In this document: in pieces, positions 37,343 through 49,154 of the stretch
Layout of the letters: each line of letters begins with the position of its first letter
Position numbering within the stretch: the stretch's first letter is position 1
DNA from: Lepidodermella squamata
Taxonomy: Eukaryota; Animalia; Gastrotricha
NCBI GenBank assembly: GCA_047495785.1
Contig: JBLDXI010000032.1
Span: 2,232,001 to 2,296,000 of the forward strand
DNA length: 64,000 nucleotides
Direction: 5' to 3'
Position numbers and translations under genes: made by a program
The notes under the pieces: model-generated
The model's input: the letters and a program-made list of their open reading frames with translations, nothing else
Database searches by the model: none
Told to the model about the DNA's origin: nothing

Positions 37343-38439
37343 TCAATCTGAATCTATTGTTGGCTGGCAAACCGCAAGTGAGGTGAATGCCATTGCACTT
37401 TCGTAATCATCAGTACGTGAAACCGAGCAAATCGATTGTTGATCGACTAGAAGAGGAGAATTGCCAGGGTAGGTCAAACTGCTGGAGGACGGGCGACGAC
37501 CCGCCTCGGCCAGTTTCCGAGTAGCATCGACGTAGCCTTCGCCGAGCCGCGATTTGAAATGAGCTTCAACTTGAGGCGACAACATTTCATCCCGCCAAGC
37601 GCAGGGATCAACCGTTAGCCGCCCGCCATACTGAATAGGTAACGCTTGCTCGCCAATATCGGCCAATAAACCACTGAATGATTTGCCATGAACAACAATC
37701 TAAAATTTCGCGGGGATTAATTAAAAAATCCTCCTTCAAATTTACGAATTACCCTTTCTCGCAGTTTTTCCTTAAGGAAAAACCGAAGAATTGATAAGAA
37801 GTACTGCATGAACGATGGACTGTTGATAAAATGAATCGCTTTGAGTCGAACTGGAAAGGCTTCTTGCACAATGTAAGTCATTGTTCGGATTCGATCGCGG
37901 TTAACGTGTTTGAACTGCTTCCAACCCATGCCAGCAGAGTCAGACAGCAGAACTATGCCGTTGATTTGAATCTTCTCATCGACAATAATCCAATCGAGGC
38001 TGAGTAGCAGTGTTTTCAGAATGTCAGTTACGTGGAAAGCGTCTGGATCCCACAGGCCGGGTCTCAGCCAGATAACCCGCCTGCCTTTCGCGTCAGGGTG
38101 TGGTAAAACATTGACGATGCCGCTTTCGAACACCTTGCGAACGCTCGAAGGCAGGAAAGATGAAAAAATCTCAGGATGCCTCGTCCTCACGTCGTAATAA
38201 CGGCGCAGTGAGGCGAATGCTCGATCGTAGTCGAATTTTTTCGCTCGAAGAAATCGCAGCAGGAAGGCGTAGTCAGTCGGGCAGCGTAAATCCACGGAAT
38301 CGTTGACCATTTGTCGCAGGGCGAGTACATCTCGATCCCGCCATTGCGGCCTTTCGTTCAATTCCTTTTCAGCTCGTTGCAGCAACTCGTCCGAAAGCGA
38401 GCAAACGTACTCCGGTGGAGAGATACCAAACTCAGCCAT
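37343..38439 (-). CDS. CRAL-TRIO lipid-binding protein (alpha-TTP/clavesin-like), paralog 1 (intron 37700-37752)
   Basis: AEKELNE, DYAFLLRFLRAKKFD, QINGIV, QEAFPVRLKAIH, LP.QYGG. Confidence 0.92.
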
Positions 38440-39425
38440 TCAAGTCATAATTAAACTCGACCTAAATAATTAAAAAAAACAAGCATTTAAATGAGATTTC
38501 GACTATTTTAATTTTGCGGTTTCAGGCCACTCATCATGACGCCAAATAAGATAAATGTAGCAAAAAACATCAGAGGAAAATAAGATGATAAAATTACCAT
38601 TTCGATTTTCTTTTTTTGACACAGCTGTTAGCCCTTGTTTATAATATGTCATATTTTCTCAAGCACTAGGCAGGAGTATTGATATAAAAAATAACGAACG
38701 CACCGGAAACGAACATAATAAAGACAAGACGGAAACAGGACTACGGGAGCGTGAAAGAATGGAATTAATAGCGTGAAACATGCGGGTTGGTTGTATTCAA
38801 GGGACCAGGATATTTCATTACAAAGTAAACACATGCGACTCGATATAATCAGCATTTTCGATAAGAAAAACAGTTGGAATTGAGACAAAATTCTAGAAAA
38901 AAATCGATAATCATTATGTGTTTCACTAGTAGTATAGCGACCAATAAATATTCAGCACAACGTTAACAACTGCGAACCGTCTTAATTCGTTGTTGTCATG
39001 GCATAATAAATTTTTTCTAAAATTTTTGCAAATAAAACAGGCGGTATAGTATAAACGAGACACATTTATGACAAAGACACAGAAAACGGCAAGTCCTCCG
39101 ATTGAAAAAATCGCATCTATCGACAATCCAACATTTGATTATTCATATTTTTCCGATAAAAAAGTCAAAACAGCATGGAAGCTCTTCGAGAAACATTCAG
39201 AGTGACTTGTGATCAATCAAGTTTTACATCAAGCTTGTGTATTTACGATTAATGCATTGCCAAAGAAAGAGACGCAGTCAAAAATGTTGTTCCATACGAA
39301 AATTAAAATAATTATATAAGACATGGAGACTAAACATTCGTAAATTGCATTTATTTAAGGAGGATTTGTTATTATTGATTCCACGAAAAAAAGAAATCCG
39401 CCTTAATACACTAATGCAGTGATTT

Positions 39426-40391
39426 TTAGTGGCTCAGAGAGGCGCCTTGTTCGAGTTGATGATCGCCAGGCTGGTGAGTAGGGTCGATGGTGATGATTGG
39501 CACGTCTTCGTGGCCTTCGCCCTCAATTCCGTCGCCGAGGTGGCGTCGATAGTACGCATCGGCGTCATGCGTTACCAGCTGCTCTCGCCACCAGTCTGGT
39601 TCCATGATCAACCGACCGCCGTACTGTTCAGGAATAGCGAATTCGCCCAGGTCTTCGAAAAGGCCGTACAGGCGAAATCCGTGAACTTGAATTCGCTGCT
39701 TCAGCTTCTCCTTCAGGAAAAATCTGACAATTCCGAGCAGATATTGCAGCAAAGCTGGTGCATTCATGATATGAACGGCCTTCAAACGAACTGGGAAAGC
39801 TTCTTGAACGAGGAATAGCAGTAGTTTGATACGGTCTTTACTCAGCTGGCGATATTGCTTCATTCCTAAATTGGCACAGTCAACAAAGAGAACCAGGCCG
39901 TTAACTTGAAAGGCCTCGTCCCGCAACAGCCATTCCAGGCTGATAAGGATAGACCGCATTATAAGGGAGAGAGGTGTGGTCTCGTGGTGCCAATGGCCTG
40001 GTTTAATCAAAATAATTCGACGGCCCTTCGCGTCAGGTTCCGAGAGAACTGTCACGATATGTTCGTCGAGGATATGCCGAACGGTTGTTGGGTGAAATTC
40101 GCGAAAAATATCCGGGTGTTGCCGGCGAACTTCGTAGTAGCGACGCAAACACGCATAGGCTCGGTTAACATCGAATTTCTTCGCGCGGAGGAATCGCAGA
40201 AGAAAATACGGGTCGGTAGGGCACTTCAAATCGCCAGCGTTCATGATCATATGACGCAGATTTGCTACATGAATCAGCCGTTCCTGCGGCTTCTCGCCCA
40301 GTTCATCCAATGCGACTTGAAGATCTTTCGGGGAGAGGCTACACGTATATTCGTTTACCATTTCGTGTTTAGAGGCAGGGTCTGGATCCAT
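39426..40391 (-). CDS. CRAL-TRIO lipid-binding protein, paralog 2 (intronless CDS)
   Basis: FLLRFLRAKKFD, QVNGLV, QEAFPVRLKAVH, IPEQYGG. Clearly homologous to paralog 1. Confidence 0.92.
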   Translation of the reverse strand: MDPDPASKHEMVNEYTCSLSPKDLQVALDELGEKPQERLIHVANLRHMIMNAGDLKCPTDPYFLLRFLRAKKFDVNRAYACLRRYYEVRRQHPDIFREFHPTTVRHILDEHIVTVLSEPDAKGRRIILIKPGHWHHETTPLSLIMRSILISLEWLLRDEAFQVNGLVLFVDCANLGMKQYRQLSKDRIKLLLFLVQEAFPVRLKAVHIMNAPALLQYLLGIVRFFLKEKLKQRIQVHGFRLYGLFEDLGEFAIPEQYGGRLIMEPDWWREQLVTHDADAYYRRHLGDGIEGEGHEDVPIITIDPTHQPGDHQLEQGASLSH

Positions 40392-42020
40392 TACACACAA
40401 AAATAATAATATAAATTCTAAAAAAAAATATAAAAGTAGTTTAGTGATTTTCTTTTCCCTTTAATTCACGTGCTTTGTCTCCCCATCTGTTGTGAAGTAA
40501 TTATTACACATGCAATCGCTGCTGCTGGGGATCAACCGAGTAGTAATATTAGCTAAAACTAACACCGGCAACGCCCCGAGCAACAGCGACTGCGACGCAA
40601 CAACACGAGACGACGACTATTCATTAACAATTTTTAAAAGAGGCGAGAAATTTGTCATCTGAATGGCCAAGTTTTTAGCACTAAAATAGGGTGTCTGTCG
40701 TCGTCGTCATCATCATCAAACCGATAACAATAATAAGAATCATCATTGATAATAGGAATAATAGCTCTCAATAATCTGTTTCTCTTTTCCAACATCAGAA
40801 GGAACCGGATTATTTTTCAATGAAGTGTTTTCAAAACTAACATCTCCGACTTATCGACATGCTTCGAGCTAAAATTTGTGTTTCTTTCACTTTTTCAAAC
40901 CGAGGCGCATCATGCAAAAAACTAAAGCAGCCGTCGCGAAATTATTTACATCAATCGATTCTTTGTTTAAAAAATTATAGAGGGAAAACACGATTGCAGC
41001 TCGATGAAAGGAAGAGAAAATTAATTAATTTTTTGTATAGTAAACAAGGAATTTCAAGAGAGGTTTGTTCATATTTCATAGAAAAAATTGTTGTTCAATC
41101 TCACCTAGTTACACACAGCATAATTTTGTTCAGCTTTTTACACACAGCACTAACCCAGAAAGATAACGAGCGAACGGAAGGAGAAGTGGAAAGAAGAAGA
41201 GTTCAGCAGCAGCAATTAAATTTGGACCTAGTAACATTTATTTATTGGGCGTGGCAATAAAACGAATTGATGCGAGGAAGAGAAGGGCGAGTGTAGCTCA
41301 TTGATGCATAGTGGTGACTTTTTTAAATTTTTTGACGCGAAAATCGATTCTATTCGACAATAATAGTTGCGCAGATGAATACTGAGCGGCTGGCTAGTAG
41401 CTCCCGATAAGCTGCTAAAGCTGAGCGAATGCTTTCTCGAACAGTAATACTAAACAAGAGAGAAAAAGAGAAATAGCTCAGCGGCATCGCCGGCCGAATA
41501 AATGCGGTCTCGATTTATGTTTACGTTGGGTCAATTGCAGTACATGTTTATAGTAACGAAATAATATATCAAAAATATCAAAATCAAAAAAAGGCTTCGA
41601 ACAAACGTGAATTGATCATTTCTTTAATGCAGCAATTTTCATAATAATAACATTATCAACAACGACGTTATCAAGGGAGAAGTAATCAAATCATCAAAAT
41701 TTGTTATGTTCGCGACCTCTTGTTGTTGATACAGTAATAACGGTGATTAATATGGTTAAGGAAGCCCTCAAGTTCAGGTAAATGTTGAGCGGCAGTCTAT
41801 CAACGTGTATGTGTAAAAAAAACGGGCAGCGACAGCATAAATTCATTTGTTCCATAGCAGCAGCAGCCATGACACAACAGCGACAAAAACCAGTAATTTT
41901 TTCATTTCAATCTTTTCATATTCGTAGAACCAATGAAAGATGATCACCAGCATCAGCAGCAGCAACGTAAAAATATATAGTATTCGAACACTTAAAATAG
42001 CATCAAATTTTCAACATTTT

Positions 42021-45000
42021 TCAAACGGCCTGGGCAAGCAGCCTGTCATCACCCGCTATCAACCGCCGGTGTTCGCCATCACTCGTCCGTTGAGTGTGCA
42101 TCGGGGTCATCGGCGCCAATTCACCCGGGTCGCCTCCATCGTCGCCAACATCAGCACCCGGGTAGGGCAGCCGCGATTTCCGCTTCCGCAACCAGCCGAA
42201 CCAGGATGAATTTCGGGGTAGCACAGAGGCCCGAGGCCCGGCCGGCCACATCTCCCCCGCCCCGTTGTGGTGGCTAGGCGAGAAAAACGGCTTGAACGTA
42301 TCGCCCGCGCCGTTCATCGTACTCGGGGTTTCGTAGTAACTCGCCGAAAAATCACCCTGCAGCCCGACTGGCTTAATCATCGGGATGGGCCGCTGATCTC
42401 GCCGTTTTTCAATCAACTCCCGCGCTGAACACATCGGAGTCTCAACGTCGTAGGTTTCATCGAAAAGCCGGTAATCGATTTGATACGTGCCATCTTCCTT
42501 CTGATACGTGATCAGGGGCGTGAAACGGTGGCCCCATTTAATCTCAGCTGGTAGGTATGACGTCTTCGCCTGGGTCGACATACCCGTCGACTCGACTACA
42601 CCCTCGAGAATGACAATCAACTCAAACCGCTCGTCCCGTAGAGATTTGTACGAAATATTGAATAGAGGGCTGTTTTCGTCGATCACGTGACACGCGATTA
42701 GAGGCCAGAACAGGTACAGCTGCTGGTCGCCACACTCCATCTTCAACTCGACGTTGTGCTGGTAGAGTGGCAGGGTCTCGCCCTCGCGGGTTTCGCGTTT
42801 TTTGACCATGAGAGCGCGAATTGTTCCGTCCAATATGTGCGATTTTCGCATATCACCGATGCGGATAAGCAAACACAGGCGACCGTCGCGTTCGCAAATA
42901 ACCGCGTGCTTCGAGAACATCAACGTCTCGGCGCGCTTAAGAGGTCTTGACAGTTTGGCAAAAACAATACCAGCCATGAAGGCCTAGTAAAACACACCGC
43001 TGTAATACTCCCACTCGGCGTAATTAGCATAATATTTTTTACCTGCAATAATACTGAGAAAACTGACTGGATCATCATCAAGCCGATGGCGTGAGGGCAC
43101 TCGTCCGTAGTGTGCCGGAAGCCATAGCCGATCGTGTGCTGAGTTTCGATGGAGAAGAGCAAGGCAGTCGGGAAGCTATTCACATATTGCACGCACGGCT
43201 TCGTTCCGTTCTGTATTACACATCGGCGTAGTAAAAAGCGAACATAAAATTAGCGCAGGAATCGAAAGATTTATCATCGGATTGTCTCAAAATAATAAAC
43301 AAAAACAACGTAGAATGAATGAACACCAAAAACAACAACGTAATGGGCCGACAACAAAAAGGCGCTACGCTAGCAGTTCTAGACGGCGCTACGTCACAGA
43401 CTACTTCATGTACGAAAACATATCTATAAGCATGCTGTGAAAACTTACACAAATCATCAGCGTTTATCAATCAAATCGCTGAGTGGTGTAGCAATATGAA
43501 AAGCAGTTGAATAAATCATTATATTAGGAAAATGAGGCTCGGGTATTGATTTATTTAGACGTCAGAGGGGCGTTTGAAGGGTGAGTGTATATGGTTTCTA
43601 TCAAAATTGCGCAAAACGCAGAAAAAATATTTTTAAGCCGGACGTTTCATTTCTTTTTCTTCATGATCTCTCAGTCCGATTGACTCGTATATCAGTCTTC
43701 ACTGTCAACTGAATTCGAAGACTTTTAACACCTCGTCTCGCGCCATGAAAAAAACTCAATTGTTTACTTGTCATTAGACGAATCCTACAATGCTGTAATA
43801 CGCACTCATTCTCACTCGAAAACATAAAAGCGTGTGACGACAATAAAATAGCATATAATTGCTCAGCTACTTGAAAAATAATAATAATACCCCTTATTCA
43901 ATAAAATAAAATGCAAGACTATTGAATTGTAAAAAATGGAGTTCAGTTGGATGTTTGTCAGCGTGTGTTTGCAAACACCTAAATTAAAGGCTGCTGAAAA
44001 ACCAGGGCGTAAAAACCACACGCTACGGCGATTTTTGAAAAAGGCGCATTTCTGCTTAATTGAGCCCCGTCCTCGCCCCTGGATGATTTCCTTAGTCTCA
44101 GAAAAGGCTAAAAATATACTGAAGTCAAGGTACGTGAGCCGGATGGCAGCTTCCGAGCAGCTCAGTTTTACGCTGAAAAAATGATTAACTCACTTCTAAA
44201 TTGCCATGAGGTGGGCCTTCGACCAGATCTTCATGAAGATAGGCGACTAGCCACCATATTGCCGCGAAAAACACCCAGGAGACGAAGAAACTCGATGAGA
44301 ACAGCAATATCGTCCACCGCCATTGCATATCAACAAGCGTGGTGAAAATATCCGCCAGGTAGCGCTGCGACATCTTGTGAACATTCGTCGCCGAAATGTT
44401 CGAGTCGCCATTTTTGAAAATGAGCCGACGACGTAGCTTCGACGAATTTTTACTCGTTTTATGAATTGACAGCGCAAGCGCCCCGATTGTTGAGCCGGCT
44501 GGCACTCCGTAGTCGCGAACCGTTGAGCGCCGATTCGCCGCCCGTTGTTTAGACACCGAGGTAGGGATCGATTTCGAGTAGCGTAAGCCGGTCAGGGACC
44601 GGTCGTTAGTTGACGATGACTCCGCCGGGTTTTGCAGCGTGTCGCGACTCAGCCCGGTAGGCTTGTCTGAGGCGCGGGACGATGGTGGCCAGTTGTCGTT
44701 ATCCGTGTTGGTTAACGGGCTGGAGAGGTCTTTCGGCATCGTGGGCAAGTCGCCAGACCGCGCCAGGTCCGAGGCTGACCTGCTTCGCTGGAATTGAATT
44801 CGATGTCGAGGGCGGGTGGGCAGCAGCTGCTGTGGTGCTGCTGGCATTTGAGCGGGTGGGTGCGGACTTCTGACCAGTGGCGAGTTTTCATGTGAGTTCA
44901 CAACGAAACCGCTGGCTCCGCTGCTTTTCGCGACCGCAGGTGTAGCAGCGCCGTCGTTGTCGCTGTTGTATAGCTGCTGTTGCGGGGAGACCTGCCGGCT

Positions 45001-45048
45001 GCCACCACTCTCCGAATTCTCGTTGGCAGCAGCGGACGTTCCAGTCAT
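42021..45048 (-). CDS. Inward-rectifier potassium channel (3 coding exons)
   Basis: [34 protein letters not shown]...[41 protein letters not shown]. Confidence 0.96.
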
Positions 45049-45313
45049 AGTTCGATCGAACTATTAACCGTTCATTGCTTTAGCCGAGCGAACGTGCGAT
45101 GAGTCAGCCGACGCATAAAATTAATCAGCAATCAGCGGAAATGACACGATTTAACAAACCCTAAGTTGTTAAATAAGAAAAAATTAAGGCGGGTTCATCA
45201 ATAAACTTTTCACATTTTTTTATTATTCGCTCGTCATGCGCAATATATCTCACACTATGGAATTTATTTCCTCACATCTCGCAGCAGCACCGTAGAATTA
45301 AGCGTTTTGACGT

Positions 45314-46726
45314 TTAGCTGGCAATGCTGACCTGCCACACGCGAATGATGTTGTCGGAGTAGCCGGCGAAGAGGGTCTGGCCGTCGGCGGACCAGCCGAG
45401 AGAGGTGCAGTCGGGGCTCTTGCTGTCGCGGGTGTTCGAGCCGATGGTGGTGACGCGTTGCTCGTCGACCAACTGCTTGTCCTCCAAGTTCCAAATCTTG
45501 ATGGCCGAGCCGACAGCGGCGCAGAGCCAGTAGCGGTTCGGGCTGAAGCACAAGGCATTGATGACACCTCCGGCCTCCAGGGTGTACAAGTGCTTGTCTT
45601 CGTTCAAGTCCCACAGGAACGAGCGACCATCCTATTATAGTTAAACACACACATACAACCAGTTTAAAACGAGGTAAGTATAATACACGGAACTCGCTCG
45701 CAAAATAAAATCGCAAGTACTGGTGATGCGAATTCCACCACCACGCATGATGCATTACGTAGCGGTGTAATTCATGCGCGAGTACAACAGGTCACGAAAT
45801 GAATATCAATTTCGCAACATTACGCGCCAAAATGAGGAATAAAACCACCCATAAACATTGTATATGTTTTTTGAGCCATTTTAATTGCTATTTAAATGTG
45901 CGGCTTACCTGGCCACCAGAGGCGCAGAGCGAGCCGTCGGGCGAAACAGTGACGGTGTTGATGTAGCCGCTGTGGCCGTAGTGGTTGGTGCGGAGTTTGC
46001 AGTTGGACAGGTTCCACACCTTGACGGTCTTGTCCCAGCCAGAGCTGACAATGATGGGGTTGTTGACGTTCGGCGAGAAGCGGACGCAAGAAACCCAGTC
46101 GGCGTGGTTATCCTCCTGTCACGTAGCAAAGGCCGATATAACAAACAATCTTGCACTAATCCATTATCAAACTTACAACAATGGTATATTTGCATTGAGC
46201 AAGGGTGTTCCACAGCTTGATGGTGCGGTCGCGAGATCCCGAGACAATCTGACGGTTGTCGTTCGAGAACGCAACGCTCAAAACGTCCTTGGTGTGGGAC
46301 GAGAAGCGGCGAGTGGTCTTGCCACTAAAACAATATAATGATCACGTTTCAATTGGCCCTTTAATAAGCTCAATTAAGCGGCTTACGTCTGCAAATCCCA
46401 GAGGCGAAGATCCTTATCCCAAGAAGAGGAGAGGGCGAACTGACCGTCCGAGGACGTCACGACGTCAGACACAAAGTGGCTGTGGCCGCGGAGCGAGCGC
46501 TGGGGAATACCATAGGCTCCTTCTTCCCGGAGAAGTTTCCACAGAATCAAGGTCTTGTCTGGTAATTGTTTAAGCCCAATAAATTAAAGCATTTTGTTAA
46601 ATGAGAAATTTTACCTCGCGATGCGGACAGAACCATATCAGGGAAGCGGGCATTGGTGGCGATCTGAGTAACAGCGCCGGTGTGGCCTTCGAGTTGGCCC
46701 TTAAGAACGAGTTGCTCCCGAGACAT
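45314..46726 (-). CDS. RACK1: Receptor for activated C kinase 1 (WD40, 40S ribosomal protein)
   Basis: [75 protein letters not shown]. Confidence 0.97.
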
Positions 46727-48014
46727 CCTGGTATTAGCCAGTAAATTCTCTACTAAAAAATGTGCTCAAAATTAATTTCATCAAATTGTAAGCAGAGCTA
46801 CTGAGAATTTTCAACTCAAGTAAAGAGTAAAGTAAAACCCTAAGGCAATTAATTGGGTTTTTACAGCGATGAGGCATAACACTGCTAGGAGGATTCATCC
46901 TTTCTCCATTAACGCCGGGAGTTGAACGATGCGAGCTCTGGTGGTATAGCGCCATAGTTCATAGAGACCTGGATCACACTGGTTATACATGTCTCAATCA
47001 CTCTTACGTAGGGTAAATGTTACGAAGGCAAAGGCTACAGAACATATCATAGCGCGAAATGTATTTGTTGATTAATGCTCCAGATAACACTAAGAAATGA
47101 CAAAATTGCAGCCACATGCAACTTGCAACGACAAGCAATCGGCAATCGGAAAATTTTAATTTTAGTTCCCATGCCGGACCAGGGGGCTTGGGATTACAAG
47201 GAAATATTCCCAACTGTTACCTTTCATTGCAACACAATCTGAGAATTCGTACATAAGAGCGATCAAATTCGTATTCTGTGAAATGCGAAATAGTGTTCAG
47301 TAAAACAGGCATTAGTGTAAAATCTCTCCCAGATAACCATATACCGGTTACCCGCCGACAGCTGACTGAACATACCAAGATCATAATGATGACCGGAAAC
47401 CTAACACGGACCAAGACATTTACTGGGTTTACTTGTACATGAACGCTTAATTACAGACTTCAGACTTGCAGCTCACATCTCAATACTATTAATGAATGAG
47501 ACCTCGAAGACACAGCGGCATAAGTGAATCGTCTTGAATCGAGAGAAAACGATTCCAAACTGCTATGTGCTTAAATTCAAGATAGCAGCGTATCAGCGGT
47601 TTCGCTTATAAACTGATACAGATTATCGCCTCAACACCTGGATGAGTTAATGCTAAATGCGGTGGAACACAAAAAAACGAGGTAAACAACGGGTAATAAG
47701 ACGCGAACGGAGAAAAAGTATACCGGAGCAAAAAGCAGACATACCAAGAATTTGCGTGGCGTAATATCGCAATGCAATAGTTCCGCAATAAAAGCACTTG
47801 GCATAGGGATATCTTGGAATCACCGTCGGTGTTAACGGCGATCAGGCGTCGGAAGCAGTGCTCGCAAGAAGCGCCGGACAGCTTTAACGCGGAGTGCGAG
47901 GGCGCGGGGGTCTTTTTCGTAATTCCGTACAAAATAATGATAAAATTAGTGTAATAATAATTTTAACTATGATTAAGCAGGATTTTGTTTACATAGTTGA
48001 AGTCGAAAGGTACA

Positions 48015-48026
48015 TTGGCGCGAAAA
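48015..48026. promoter_or_regulatory. E2F site flanked by CCAAT boxes in the RACK1/TOP2 divergent interval
   Basis: ATTGGCGCGAAAATTGG, which is TTTTCGCGCCAA on the minus strand. About 1.1 kb upstream of the TOP2 ATG. Confidence 0.5.
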
Positions 48027-49154
48027 TTGGTTAATCAATTATTCGAAATACATCGAAAAATGCGATGCGGGAATAGAAGTTAGAAGGTTCCGGCTTCGCC
48101 TTTCGCCTGAATTGACCTGATTTTGGTGGTTTCTGGTTACCTTAGCGCTATACCATTTACCTCATCTCAGAGGATAACACTTTTTCAACCATCCTCCACC
48201 TCCCTGATCCCTGATTTTGCATTAAGAAGCGCTTAAGATGGAAGACTTAAATCTCCCTTAACTTTCCCGAATTACTTGGTTGCCACTTGAGAAAGTCATT
48301 TTGAAATTTGAATATAATCGTTCCTCGCTGGCCTTTTTGTAATACTTGTTGATACGGAATGAGTTATAGGTTTATTAAAAAAAGGCCCCGGATATATTAA
48401 CTTCTGTCTTTGCCCTTTGCCCTTTCTCCGATCCCCAATCCTATTTATGCCCAATACAGCCTCTGCATTCCGGCCCTTGTACGATTCTTCGTCATTTGCA
48501 CGGAAATAAGTATTCTACTTTCCGTTGTAGAAAATAACGAGGAACCGGGAACGAACAATTGGAAATCACAATGCCCTTACTGCATGTAACCTGAGCTGTT
48601 TGTTGTTGTATTGCTCTATTCTCTAATTTCGTTGCTAGTGTTAATGTTTCAGCGCACCTCATGATTGATGAACAGCGTTTTGATTTGGTTTAAAGCGGTT
48701 TTGTTTTCACCACCTATTCGCCGATCAATACATTGCAAGGTAAAACGAGTTGACGATTTTTTTCAAGATTGCCGATGAAACTGAAGCGAATATTCGCATA
48801 TACATAACTCATAGAAATCTTGACCATAGTGTTTACACGGTTGCTTCTATCCTTCTCAATTTTAGTATTTGAAGTAAAAGTTGACCCGACGCTAGTTGAC
48901 ACTTCTAGTTTGCGCCATGGCTAGCGAAGTCGGCCACGCATCCAATCCTATAGTAAGTTGATTCTACTCACTCCTTGCTTATCGCTTATCACTGGTAATT
49001 TCACTTTATATGCACGACCCTCATCTCTCATATAATACCCCCAGAAAATAATTTCATAATGCTTGATTCTATCGAAAATTACTGAACCTAAAGCATTATT
49101 TTTAATAAAAAATGTCACGTAGATTATACCAGTGCACTTGTTAGTAATTAGTTT

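Noticed and set aside
45633-46612. Intronic C/D snoRNAs in RACK1 as in vertebrates
   Set aside because: I found no properly arranged box C (RTGATGA) and box D (CTGA) on the sense strand, and most introns are too short.
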